Positions 1 through 8,446 of a stretch of DNA of 64,000 nucleotides are shown one piece after another. The stretch's first letter is position 1. Each line of letters begins with the position of its first letter. The translations under genes and the position numbers were made by a program. Under the pieces are notes generated by a model. The model was not told the DNA's origin and ran no database searches. It saw nothing but the letters and a program-made list of their open reading frames with translations. Source of the DNA: Woeseia sp. (GTDB lineage: Bacteria > Pseudomonadota > Gammaproteobacteria > Steroidobacterales > Woeseiaceae). Location: the NCBI GenBank assembly GCA_040879925.1, contig JBBDJJ010000050.1, positions 42,221 through 106,220 on the forward strand. The letters run 5' to 3'.

Positions 1-234
1 ACTTGCCGGACGAAACGCCGCGGAGTTTGCGATGCGCAGTATGCGGGCTGCAAGACCCGCATCGGAACCCAGGATGTCGACGATGTCGCCGGCGCTGGTT
101 TCCTGACATTGCAAAGCACGTTGTACGCGCAGCACGGCCTCTGGAAATGCGGGCAATTCGAAACGCGCATCCTGCAGATCTTTGGCGAGTCGCTCCACGA
201 AATTGTATGCCACCTGGTGCGGCGTCTTTGCCAT
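1..234 (-). CDS. HDOD-domain signalling protein, N-terminal part (continues beyond window start)
   Basis: Absent from ORF track because there is no stop in the window. My translation from ATG at 234: MAKTPHQVAYNFVERLAKDLQDARFELPAFPEAVLRVQRALQCQETSAGDIVDILGSDAGLAARILRIANSAAFRPAS. This fits the HDOD N-terminal pattern (LPxfP ... I..D..L...iLr.aNSa.f). Confidence 0.55.
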   Translation of the reverse strand, partial: MAKTPHQVAYNFVERLAKDLQDARFELPAFPEAVLRVQRALQCQETSAGDIVDILGSDAGLAARILRIANSAAFRPAS

Positions 235-349
235 GATTCGGTTCCAGCGCGAGAAAGATTACAGCCCGGTTATCGGCCCCCAATTGCCAAACTTGAGGAC
301 TATTTGCAGCAACTCATTGGCCGGAAGGCTCCATGCGACACGACAGCTT

Positions 350-1279
350 TCAGCCGGGTTGAGTCGACCGCAAACCGCTAGCGTCGATAACACGGCACAC
401 GGACCGGGCCTCGCTGCGATACACGATGTTCGCTCCGGAAACGCCGGGAATCTTCGCGATCTCCCGCAACACGTCGCTGCATACAGCCTCAACTTCACGA
501 CTGAAATCGGGTGCGGCGCGCAAGCGGGCGACGATGGCTTTGGGTATCAACAGCGTGCGGCGTCCTTGCTGGAACTCTCGAGTGGCATCCCGAGCCGCGT
601 CCATTGAATCCAGAAGCGGTACCTGCACTATAACGGAGGTTTTCTGCAATGCCTTTTTCGCGATCAGCGCTGCCATGTAACGACGCAAAATTTCGACGTC
701 GAGGCAGGGTTGAGTTTGCAAAAATTTGGAACCTGCGTCTGCCTTGGTGTCGACACCCTCGGCACTCCAGTCCTCGGGCGGATCGATTACCGTGATATTC
801 GACCCCAGAAAAAAACCGGGGGATGCCACGAGCCGTTCATTCATGCCAATTACCTGCGCCGTTGCCAACAGGCGTTTCGCGCCGATATCGAACACACCTT
901 TGACCCGTTGTTTGAGCGATGCAGGGAGCTTTTCACCGCGGCTGAGAACGAAGCTTGTGACGCCGATCGCAGCAGCTCCCATGACGTCGCTTTGCAGCGC
1001 GATACGATTGCGGTCGCGGCAATTCAGATGCAACACCGCATCCATGCCAATCCCCAGCACAAGGCTCGCAGCAGCAATCGGTGACATATGGGGCTCAATA
1101 GTTACGTTGTCCGTGATCTGCACTGCGTCAACGAAAGGCTGTAGCTGTCGGACCGCGTTACAAAGGTCCGTCGCGGTTGTCATCGGACGAAGCGGCACCT
1201 GCACGGTAATCACAAAATCACGAGAGCGGACGGCCTGCTGGAAACTGCAGGTGACGGCTGGCAACGTTTCAGCGTTCAC
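350..1279 (-). CDS. methylenetetrahydrofolate reductase (MetF/MTHFR) family protein
   Basis: 309-aa ORF with MTHFR-like landmarks: HLNCRDRN (cf. MetF HLTC), SRGE (cf. LRGD), KADAGSKFLQTQPCLD (cf. K.DAGA..iTQ.fFD). Recognised from memory. Confidence 0.6.
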   Translation of the reverse strand: MNAETLPAVTCSFQQAVRSRDFVITVQVPLRPMTTATDLCNAVRQLQPFVDAVQITDNVTIEPHMSPIAAASLVLGIGMDAVLHLNCRDRNRIALQSDVMGAAAIGVTSFVLSRGEKLPASLKQRVKGVFDIGAKRLLATAQVIGMNERLVASPGFFLGSNITVIDPPEDWSAEGVDTKADAGSKFLQTQPCLDVEILRRYMAALIAKKALQKTSVIVQVPLLDSMDAARDATREFQQGRRTLLIPKAIVARLRAAPDFSREVEAVCSDVLREIAKIPGVSGANIVYRSEARSVCRVIDASGLRSTQPG

Positions 1280-1285
1280 GCCGCC

Positions 1286-2545
1286 TTACTCGGTGGCATG
1301 AAGACTCTCGACGCCGATAGCGGCGGACTGCACGTTGAGCTTGCCCGCAACGCGTGCGGTCCAGGCAACTATCAGGCGCTCGTTCGCCAGGGCTAACTGG
1401 GGAACACTCATTGCAGGCACATCCTGCGCCGCGCTGATGACGTGGATGGGTCCCAAAATGTCGTCCGCTGAAACAGCGCGTAAGCACACGCTGGCTCGCG
1501 AATCAGCATCCTTACAAAGATAACTGATGGCCAGGCGCGCGTCGGGGAGAAGTGCGATGCCGGTGCGTCCCCAGGTGTTGCCGTCCGCAATTTCTACCGG
1601 CTCCGCAAAAGACTCGCCGGCATCGTCGGAGCGCGCTATTCGCAAGTGCGGCCGGTCATTGGCTGCGGTGAACCAGGCCACGGCAACCCGATTGCCGTCG
1701 GCGGCGATGGTCGGACCGTTTACCGGACAGCCACCTATCACCCAGCCATCCTGTGCAACGGCTTTGCCTGGTTGCCAGCTGCCGTTGCGAAAACTTGAGA
1801 CGTATATGTCGCGGGTTTCCGATTCGCTTCGATCACGGTAGACGGCGACGGCTCCCTTGTCAGTAATTGCGACATCCGTCTGGCAACAATCGCAAACGAG
1901 ACCGTCGACCTGCGATGAATCCCGCGATGCCAGGGCGTCGCCATAGACTGCCGAACGCAGGGTCATGCCGGTGTCCGCTGGTCCGCCGTGATGCGACTCG
2001 TCATGCGATATATTGACCATGTTTCGCCCGTCGAGCCAGATAAGACCGACGCCGCCTCCGTGCGGATAGAGGGTGACGAAACCGTGCTCGGTCGGTGTCC
2101 CGTCGTCGTGCGGCAAAACGGGGTCGACCCAGGTTACCCCGCGGTCTGTGGATACCGTGAAGTGAACGTCGTAGGCATAGCCGCCGGCCGGCTGTTGCAC
2201 CAGCCAGTGTGCAGCCCACAGCGAACCGCTGATGGGCACCACAGACGGGAAATCGGCCCAATTGACGAACCAGTTGTCGCCGCTCGCAACTACTCGTGGC
2301 TCACTCCATCGATTGCCGTCCAGTATCGAGAACCGAAGGCGGTGTGCGTCGCCGGTGTTCTCGATCCAGCTCAGCACCACGGTTTCGTCGCGGACCGCGA
2401 GATTGGGGCTTTGACTGCCGGCGGCGGCAGGTACTTCGAGCGTTTCCAGGAGGAATCCCGCGGCTTCCGCATTGGCAACGGCGCCATTCGGGTACGATGC
2501 GATGAGAAGCAACAGGGAAGAAATGCAAGAGATAGCGCGAAGCAT
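1286..2545 (-). CDS. secreted BNR/Asp-box (sialidase-fold) protein
   Basis: 419 aa. N-terminal signal peptide (ISSLLLLIASYPNGAVANA). Asp-box motifs STDRGVTW and RSDDAGESF. Confidence 0.5.
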   Translation of the reverse strand: MLRAISCISSLLLLIASYPNGAVANAEAAGFLLETLEVPAAAGSQSPNLAVRDETVVLSWIENTGDAHRLRFSILDGNRWSEPRVVASGDNWFVNWADFPSVVPISGSLWAAHWLVQQPAGGYAYDVHFTVSTDRGVTWVDPVLPHDDGTPTEHGFVTLYPHGGGVGLIWLDGRNMVNISHDESHHGGPADTGMTLRSAVYGDALASRDSSQVDGLVCDCCQTDVAITDKGAVAVYRDRSESETRDIYVSSFRNGSWQPGKAVAQDGWVIGGCPVNGPTIAADGNRVAVAWFTAANDRPHLRIARSDDAGESFAEPVEIADGNTWGRTGIALLPDARLAISYLCKDADSRASVCLRAVSADDILGPIHVISAAQDVPAMSVPQLALANERLIVAWTARVAGKLNVQSAAIGVESLHATE

Positions 2546-2618
2546 GGGCGGATTATGCCGCCCGCATGCGGGGTGTGCTATGTTCCCGCCCGCTGGATAC
2601 AGGATTCGGCCTGCACCA

Positions 2619-2692
2619 GGCTAGGTGGCAGAGTGGTCATGCAGCGGCCTGCAAAGCCGCGTACGTCGGTTCGATTCCGTCCCTAGCCTCCA
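2619..2692 (+). tRNA. tRNA-Cys (anticodon GCA)
   Basis: 74 nt: GGCTAGG acceptor pairs with CCTAGCC, anticodon stem GCGGC/GCCGC with loop CTGCAAA, T-loop TTCGATT, discriminator T plus encoded CCA. One U-U mismatch in the T stem. Confidence 0.85.
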
Positions 2693-2860
2693 TAGCTCCC
2701 TCGAAGCGGTCCGAGACCTCTCACCGACTGGCGCGACGCGCTGGCGACACCAAGCAACCATGCTGTTCCAGCGTAGCCGTCGCAGTCATTAGAGGACGAC
2801 GCCGGAAGCAACGCGACGCTATGGCCTTCATGGCGATTGGAGTATTGCACCCACGTGCCG

Positions 2861-3031
2861 TTACTCGGTATCCGCGGGGGCGATCTCCGTCTGCTCCGCC
2901 GTCGTGTCGAGCAATTGCTCTAACTCCAGCGTGGCAAACAGTGACCACCCGTCCTCGGTCGGCTGATCGCGGACTTCGCGCTCGACCCGGACTATCCTCG
3001 CCGTAAGTAACAGGCTATCTGTCGTAGACAC
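2861..3031 (-). CDS. hypothetical small acidic protein (56 aa)
   Basis: Below ORF-track cutoff. GTG at 3031 is preceded by AAGGAGG (3045-3039) with a 7-nt spacer. Translation: VSTTDSLLLTARIVRVEREVRDQPTEDGWSLFATLELEQLLDTTAEQTEIAPADTE. Confidence 0.4.
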   Translation of the reverse strand: MSTTDSLLLTARIVRVEREVRDQPTEDGWSLFATLELEQLLDTTAEQTEIAPADTE

Positions 3032-3147
3032 AAACAGACCTCCTTATGGGTCCGACCAGCGAAAATATACGGGATTTGGCCGTATCAGTCTGTGAGGATG
3101 GTCTCTTTTTCTCAAATCCAGAAAAAAAGGCCCGGCCGAAGCTGGGC

Positions 3148-3318
3148 TCAATTTGCAGCCACGACGGTAAGCGGGTCTTTCACTCTGACCGGCTGCCACT
3201 GACTTACAACTGTGTACCCGGTGGCACGCCGACGCAGCCGATAAGCGCGCATGCGCTCCGCCGCCGTCAAGGCCGTTTTCTTGCGGGGCCGGCCACGCCT
3301 GGCTGAAGCTGGTTTCAT
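3148..3318 (-). CDS. hypothetical small basic protein (56 aa), possible DNA binder
   Basis: Below ORF-track cutoff. Translation: MKPASARRGRPRKKTALTAAERMRAYRLRRRATGYTVVSQWQPVRVKDPLTVVAAN. GRPRK/AT-hook-like basic N-terminus. No clear SD. A 12-bp palindrome lies just upstream. Confidence 0.3.
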   Translation of the reverse strand: MKPASARRGRPRKKTALTAAERMRAYRLRRRATGYTVVSQWQPVRVKDPLTVVAAN

Positions 3319-3327
3319 GGATTTATC

Positions 3328-3339
3328 GTAACGCGTTAC
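3328..3339. promoter_or_regulatory. perfect 12-bp palindrome GTAACGCGTTAC, candidate operator
   Basis: Read directly; lies 10-21 nt upstream of the ATG at 3318 (minus strand). Confidence 0.3.
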
Positions 3340-3456
3340 AGTTAATCCGCCAGCAACCGGGACCGGGAGACCGCCTGCTTTTGTCGACGAGCGAACAGGC
3401 GGTGTTATTATCCGGCCGACTTTTCGACACCCATCTCGTTACGACAGGTCCACCCG

Positions 3457-3543
3457 GCCCGGGTGGCGGAACAGGTAGACGCTACGGACTTAAAATCCGT
3501 TGGCCGAAAGGCCGTGCCGGTTCGAGTCCGGCTCCGGGCACCA
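3457..3543 (+). tRNA. tRNA-Leu (anticodon UAA)
   Basis: 87 nt class II tRNA: acceptor GCCCGGG/CTCCGGGC, anticodon stem ACGGA/TCCGT with loop CTTAAAA, long variable arm GGCCGAAAGGCC, T-arm CCGGTTCGAGTCCGG, encoded CCA. Confidence 0.9.
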
Positions 3544-3602
3544 TCATTAAACAGCGTATTGAACCAGGAGGCACCCGGCCGTACCGGCACGGACTGTGCC
3601 GG

Positions 3603-3797
3603 CTACGTCATTCTTTGCTTGGCGTCGTGCAGACACATTTCCAGGAATGCAGCACCCGCCAGGCCGTAGCTTGGCTCCGCACCCTGTTCTTTCAGAGACT
3701 GTGTTACCCGGTGCATTTGTTCGTCGAACGCTTGTGGCGTCTCGCTAAACTTCCGCATCCACTCGTTCAGCGCCAATACGAGTTCTGCCTGGTTCAT
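3603..3797 (-). CDS. hypothetical small protein (64 aa)
   Basis: ORF track. Its start overlaps the stop of the upstream 62-aa ORF in an ATGA (3794-3797), suggesting translational coupling. Confidence 0.45.
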   Translation of the reverse strand: MNQAELVLALNEWMRKFSETPQAFDEQMHRVTQSLKEQGAEPSYGLAGAAFLEMCLHDAKQRMT

Positions 3798-3982
3798 ACG
3801 GATTCGTCCGGAGACTTGAGGTCGCTACTGTCGGTGCCCGAATCGGCCTCAAGCAGCTGCTTGAGCTCATCCGTGTCCATGACTCCCGAATCGCTCAGGA
3901 CCACAGTTTCGACCGACAGGTCGTCAGCCAGGTCCTCACTAAGCGCGATCAGGCGATTCGTTATCGAGTTGGGTTCGCTCAT
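3794..3982 (-). CDS. hypothetical small highly acidic protein (62 aa)
   Basis: ORF track. GGAG lies 7 nt upstream of the ATG (minus-strand reading ...cGGAGacttatcATG). Asp/Glu/Ser-rich sequence. Confidence 0.5.
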   Translation of the reverse strand: MSEPNSITNRLIALSEDLADDLSVETVVLSDSGVMDTDELKQLLEADSGTDSSDLKSPDESV

Positions 3983-4212
3983 GATAAGTCTCCGATGAGC
4001 AATTACACACGGGATACTTTAAAGCATGACGAATGTGCAAAGCGTGACAGGCGTTCAAGTTAGCCGCTGCCATACGTTGCTGGGCCCCGTTGCTTGCCGC
4101 ACTTGTGACGTGTTGCCTGCGTTCCACGCAATTGAGATGAAACGTCTATTCCACAAGCGTAGTATCAGGGCTGGGGAAATGTCCTCTGATACGCTACTGA
4201 AGGCCGATCGCC

Positions 4213-4830
4213 ATGCGCCGGTTCCTTGCGTTACGCGTTGCCCTGATGTCCCTGGTTCTCGCGAGCCCGGGCTGGGGCGACGATTTCGCGAAGGGATTTT
4301 ACGCCTACAGCGAGGGCGATTATGCAGCCGCCCTTGCCGTGTGGCAGCCACTGGCAGAAGAGGGCGAGGCGCACAGTCAGTTCGGCATGGGCCTGCTCAA
4401 TGCAAACGGCTGGGGCCTGCCACTCGACGATGCCGCGGCCCTGAAGTGGTACAAATTGGCCGCCGGCCAGGGACACGCCGAAGCACAGTACAACATCGGC
4501 GTGATGTACCAGAACGGGTGGGGCGTCGATCAGGACGATTCCGAAGCGTTCAAGTGGCACGAGGCGGCTGCAGAAAGCGGCTTTCCGGCGGCACAACGTA
4601 GCCTCGGTAACATGTATGCCAATGGACTGGGCACGCAAGTGGACCGCACACGCGCCTATATGTGGCTGGAGATCGCTGCAATGCTTGGGGACAGTGACGC
4701 AAACTTCAATCGTGAAGGACTCGAACCTTCCATGGCGGCCGACGAAGTCAGCGCGGCCGGTACAGCCGCCGCTGAGTGGATAGAAAAGTTCGCAACACTG
4801 CATCCGCAAATACCGATCGAACGGCAATGA
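4213..4830 (+). CDS. Sel1-repeat (SLR/TPR-like) periplasmic protein
   Basis: Signal peptide (LALRVALMSLVLASPGWG). Repeated A..WY.kAA.qG.a.AQ..lG.mY..G.Gv motifs (at least 3 copies). Confidence 0.8.
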   Translation: MRRFLALRVALMSLVLASPGWGDDFAKGFYAYSEGDYAAALAVWQPLAEEGEAHSQFGMGLLNANGWGLPLDDAAALKWYKLAAGQGHAEAQYNIGVMYQNGWGVDQDDSEAFKWHEAAAESGFPAAQRSLGNMYANGLGTQVDRTRAYMWLEIAAMLGDSDANFNREGLEPSMAADEVSAAGTAAAEWIEKFATLHPQIPIERQ

Positions 4831-4900
4831 TCCGTCGATAACGTGCGAATGTGTCAGAATAGGCACTGATCCACAGGCACCTCAATTTCACTGAAAGGCT

Positions 4901-5536
4901 ATGGCAAAACTTTATTTCTATTACTCATCGATGAACGCGGGCAAATCGACGTCGCTTCTGCAGTCCAGCTACAACTATCGGGAGCGCGGCATGAACACGC
5001 TTGTGCTCGCGCCGGCGTTCGACGATCGTTATGGCGTAGGGCGCGTGGTATCCCGGATCGGTCTGGAAGCAGAGGCCACGACTTTTAATATCGGCGATAA
5101 CCTGTTCGATATCGTCACTGCATATGGCAAGGAAGATCCTCTGCATTGCGTGCTGGTGGACGAGGCGCAGTTTCTCACCAAGGCGCAGGTATTCGAACTC
5201 GGACAGATTACTGATGACCTGGAGATCCCGGTCCTTGCTTACGGAATTCGCACCGATTTTCAGGGGGAACCTTTCGAGGGCAGCAAGTACCTGCTGGCCT
5301 GGGCAGACAACCTGAATGAGCTGAAAGCCATCTGTCATTGCGGCAGAAAGGCAACCATGATTATCCGGCTCGACCAGGACGGCAACGCGGTGACCGAGGG
5401 CTCCCAGGTCGAGATTGGCGGCAACGACCGCTACGTATCGATGTGCCGGAAGCACTTCAAAAAGGATTTCTATCGAGCGGCAGAACCGGACACGCTGCAG
5501 TCGCGAATTGCAAAGGTAACGCGCGCTGCCGGCTGA
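4901..5536 (+). CDS. tdk: thymidine kinase
   Basis: [18 protein letters not shown]-loop, VDEAQF, and a C-terminal zinc motif CHCGRKA...C.KH. Confidence 0.9.
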   Translation: MAKLYFYYSSMNAGKSTSLLQSSYNYRERGMNTLVLAPAFDDRYGVGRVVSRIGLEAEATTFNIGDNLFDIVTAYGKEDPLHCVLVDEAQFLTKAQVFELGQITDDLEIPVLAYGIRTDFQGEPFEGSKYLLAWADNLNELKAICHCGRKATMIIRLDQDGNAVTEGSQVEIGGNDRYVSMCRKHFKKDFYRAAEPDTLQSRIAKVTRAAG

Positions 5537-5560
5537 GAACCTGCCGACAATCGATTGCTG

Positions 5561-6853
5561 TTAACGCTTGCCGTTTGACGCAGTCGCAGGACTGTCCACT
5601 GCGGAATTCACTGCGCGCGTATTCTCCCGGGCCAGTAACCGACGAACATCTTCCAGGCTCTTCATTACCAGGGTCTCGCTGAAGCCCGGGTCGTCCATCG
5701 AGATCCGGTCCGTCGCTGCGGGATCGATGAACTTGATGTAGTGATTACCGATCTGCACTATATCGTCATTTTTCATCATCAAATTCGACACGCGCCGCGA
5801 ATTGACGAACGTGCCATTGGTGCTGTTGAGATCCATGACGAATGTTGCCTTATCGTGGCGCACGAAAAGGGTATGGTGCCGGCTGATGAAACGGCTGCTG
5901 ATTCGCAGATCGTTGTGCTCCGAACGGCCGATCAGCAAACGCGGCTTCGTCAGCCGAATTTCTTCGACGGTCTCGCCGTTGTGGCTCAGGATCAAGGTAG
6001 GCGCGTCAGCCAGCTCGACGGCCTCGACCGCTTCGTCAATCCGGAACAGCAATGCCGGCAGCTCTTCCTCTACGGTCGGCCGTTCAATCTGATCCTTGCT
6101 GACGGGGCATTTCTTCGCCTTGGCCAGGGCGAGCAATGACAAACGGTCGACCACGCCGGGCCAGCCTCTGGAGGCGTCATGCAACTCCTCGCAAACCGCT
6201 TGCGGGAAAACCTTGGCCGGATCGTTGTTGCCGCCGGCGCGCATCTTTTCGCGAAGGTAGTCGGCAGTCTCACTGCGGGTCAACGGCTCAACGAAAAAAC
6301 TGCCGGTCATGCGCTCCGCAATGCATGTCAGGGCAGGGGCTCGAATCATTGGAGCCAACGACCGGTCACTGGCAAGCACAATCCGCAGGGCGCTCGACTC
6401 AGCGAGTCGCAGTGTCGCCAGGTCACAAAGAATGCCGAGCGTCGCCGGGTTCATCGACTGGGTGTTTTCGACGATTAACAATGGCGGCTGTCCCGCTCCG
6501 GCCTGCTGCCGGATAAACACCTTCAGCATGTTGACCAGTTCGTTGACCGAATTGAATTGCAGTTCATAGCCAAACTGCGAAAGTATGTCATTCAGCAGCG
6601 TGCCGGGTTCGGCGCCGGCGCCGTCGACAACCGCCCACGCCGGGTCATCGGGCATCGAGGTAACATAATGACGCAGGATAGTGGACTTGCCACTGAGCGG
6701 GGGACCCTGCAGAAGGCCGAGACCATTCGGGTGGGCGTAAGTGTCGGCCAGGAATTGCATGGCGTCACGCTGGGACGCGTAGGGCACGACGGTCAACGGT
6801 GGACCTTGCGTACGAAATGGTTGTTCGCGCAGGCCGGCGTCGCTCAGATCCAT
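5561..6853 (-). CDS. GspA/ExeA-type AAA+ ATPase fused to a C-terminal FHA domain
   Basis: Walker A GPPLSGKST (aa 50-58), Walker B-like PLLIVEN. FHA signature LLIGRSEHNDLRISSRFISRHHTLF...DLNSTNGTFVN (about aa 285-376, nt 5726-6001). Confidence 0.8.
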   Translation of the reverse strand: MDLSDAGLREQPFRTQGPPLTVVPYASQRDAMQFLADTYAHPNGLGLLQGPPLSGKSTILRHYVTSMPDDPAWAVVDGAGAEPGTLLNDILSQFGYELQFNSVNELVNMLKVFIRQQAGAGQPPLLIVENTQSMNPATLGILCDLATLRLAESSALRIVLASDRSLAPMIRAPALTCIAERMTGSFFVEPLTRSETADYLREKMRAGGNNDPAKVFPQAVCEELHDASRGWPGVVDRLSLLALAKAKKCPVSKDQIERPTVEEELPALLFRIDEAVEAVELADAPTLILSHNGETVEEIRLTKPRLLIGRSEHNDLRISSRFISRHHTLFVRHDKATFVMDLNSTNGTFVNSRRVSNLMMKNDDIVQIGNHYIKFIDPAATDRISMDDPGFSETLVMKSLEDVRRLLARENTRAVNSAVDSPATASNGKR

Positions 6854-7051
6854 ATCTTTGAACTCGGTTTTATCCGAAATTTGTCATTCTGATACAGTTA
6901 CTTTCCGCTTTTTCTTAAAGTTCATAAGCATCAGGCGGCCCTAGTCTAAAGTCGGAAGTCATCACTTGTAAATGGTTGCCGGCAGAATGCGCGATTTCAA
7001 TCAGTCACAGAACCTTTATTATAAATAACATTCAATAACTCACCTAATACA

Positions 7052-7741
7052 TTGATAATACACACTTTTAAACCTCAACAGCCTTCGAGTGGCGCAACCG
7101 TGTCGTCACCTGGTAAATCCTGTATCCCTGCACAGCGGCTCGCGGGCCGCGATCTCGGCCTGATCCGCGGCGAACGGGTACTGTTTCGCGACCTGAATTT
7201 CGACCTCGCCGCCGGCCAATTATTGTTGATTGAGGGCCCGAACGGCAGCGGCAAGACGAGCCTGTTACGGGTGATCGTCGGGTTGGTGCAACCACAGGAC
7301 GGCACAATCACCTGGCGCGGCGCGGACATCGCGAAACAGCGGCAAGCGTACCATGACGAGCTGGTGTGGCTGGGACATCGTCTGGGCTTCAAGGGTGATC
7401 TCACAGTCGCTGAGAATCTGCGCGCCGAAGCGGGTTTACGGCGTATGTCGGCAGCGCCCGACCTGCCGGTATTCGAACAGCTGGGGATCGCGGCTTTGAC
7501 CGGCTTGCCGTTTCGCGTGCTTTCGGCGGGCCAGCAACGCCGCGTAGCGCTGGCGCGCCTGCTGCGCGTGAAGGCGGTGCTCTGGCTCATGGACGAACCG
7601 TTCACCAATCTCGATGCCGGCGGCCAGGCATTGGTGACCAAACTGCTGCAGGCGCATCTTGCAGGCGGGGGCACAGCCGTTGTTGCAACCCACCATGAAC
7701 TGAACATCGACGCCTCCGTGCAACGAATTCGCCTTATATGA
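7052..7741 (+). CDS. ccmA: heme exporter ATP-binding protein CcmA
   Basis: GPNGSGKTSLLR Walker A, LSAGQQRR signature, LWLMDEP Walker B. The true start may be GTG at 7100, giving the usual length of about 213 aa. Confidence 0.85.
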   Translation: MIIHTFKPQQPSSGATVSSPGKSCIPAQRLAGRDLGLIRGERVLFRDLNFDLAAGQLLLIEGPNGSGKTSLLRVIVGLVQPQDGTITWRGADIAKQRQAYHDELVWLGHRLGFKGDLTVAENLRAEAGLRRMSAAPDLPVFEQLGIAALTGLPFRVLSAGQQRRVALARLLRVKAVLWLMDEPFTNLDAGGQALVTKLLQAHLAGGGTAVVATHHELNIDASVQRIRLI

Positions 7742-8436
7742 ACGCTGGCAATTCGACTGCGCCGTCGCTATTCGATGGACTCTCGGCCATCGTGCGCCGC
7801 GACGTTCTGCTGGCCTGGAAGCGGCCCGGCGATGTACTGAATCCGTTGTTCTTTTTCGTTATCGTCAGCAGCCTGTTCCCGCTGGCCATCGGTCCGGATG
7901 CCGAACAACTTCGCTTACTCGGTCCCGGCGTAGTTTGGGTAGCTGCATTGCTGGCTACACTGCTGTCCCTGAACAGTCTCTTCCTGGGCGACTTCGAGGA
8001 CGGCAGCCTGGAACAGTTGCTGCTTAGTCCGCAACCGCTGCCGTTGCTGGCGTTGGCCAAGTCCATGGCGCACTGGCTGATCGGCGGCTTGCCCCTGGTG
8101 GTGGTTGCGCCGCTGATCGCGATTTCGTTCCAGATGTCGGTTGATACGATTGGTGCGATGCTGCTGACACTGAGCCTCGGCACGTTGAGTTTGAGTTTGC
8201 TCGGTGCGATCGGCGCCGCTTTAACGATCGGTCTCAATCGCGGCAACGCATTGCTGAGTCTGCTTATTCTGCCGCTCGCCGTGCCAATACTGATTTTTGG
8301 CACGCGGACAGTATCGCTGGCCGCGACCGGCGACGCTTACAGTGCCGGTGCATATTTCCTCGGCGCCTATTGCATGCTGGCAGTGACCCTTGCACCATTT
8401 GCGACCGCAGTGGCGCTGCGAATCAGCAACGAGTAG
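7738..8436 (+). CDS. ccmB: heme exporter permease CcmB
   Basis: Polytopic membrane protein; ATGA overlap with ccmA; positional synteny. Confidence 0.9.
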   Translation: MNAGNSTAPSLFDGLSAIVRRDVLLAWKRPGDVLNPLFFFVIVSSLFPLAIGPDAEQLRLLGPGVVWVAALLATLLSLNSLFLGDFEDGSLEQLLLSPQPLPLLALAKSMAHWLIGGLPLVVVAPLIAISFQMSVDTIGAMLLTLSLGTLSLSLLGAIGAALTIGLNRGNALLSLLILPLAVPILIFGTRTVSLAATGDAYSAGAYFLGAYCMLAVTLAPFATAVALRISNE

Positions 8437-8446
8437 TAACGAAACG

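Noticed and set aside
3046-3306. 86-aa plus-strand ORF between the tRNAs
   Set aside because: It has no SD, and its ATG is embedded in the reverse complement of the strong SD of the minus-strand 2861..3031 ORF. It overlaps the more protein-like minus-strand 3148..3318 reading. I kept it as the alternative hypothesis only.
2693-4212. Possible genomic island or prophage remnant integrated at tRNA-Cys or tRNA-Leu
   Set aside because: There is no integrase, excisionase or transposase. I could not find, by eye, a direct repeat of either tRNA 3' end downstream. The flanking genes are ordinary. Only the small orphan ORFs remain noteworthy.
4026-4866. 191-aa plus ORF (4026..4601) and 211-aa minus ORF (4231..4866) overlapping the Sel1-repeat gene
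   Set aside because: The 4213..4830 frame shows a signal peptide and repeated Sel1 motifs. The others are out-of-frame or antisense readings without features.
6854-7051. About 200-bp strongly AT-rich stretch between the ExeA-FHA gene and ccmA
   Set aside because: It contains no ORF, repeat or recognisable RNA structure. The most parsimonious reading is a divergent promoter/UP-element region. It is mentioned under the ExeA-FHA finding but not scored separately.
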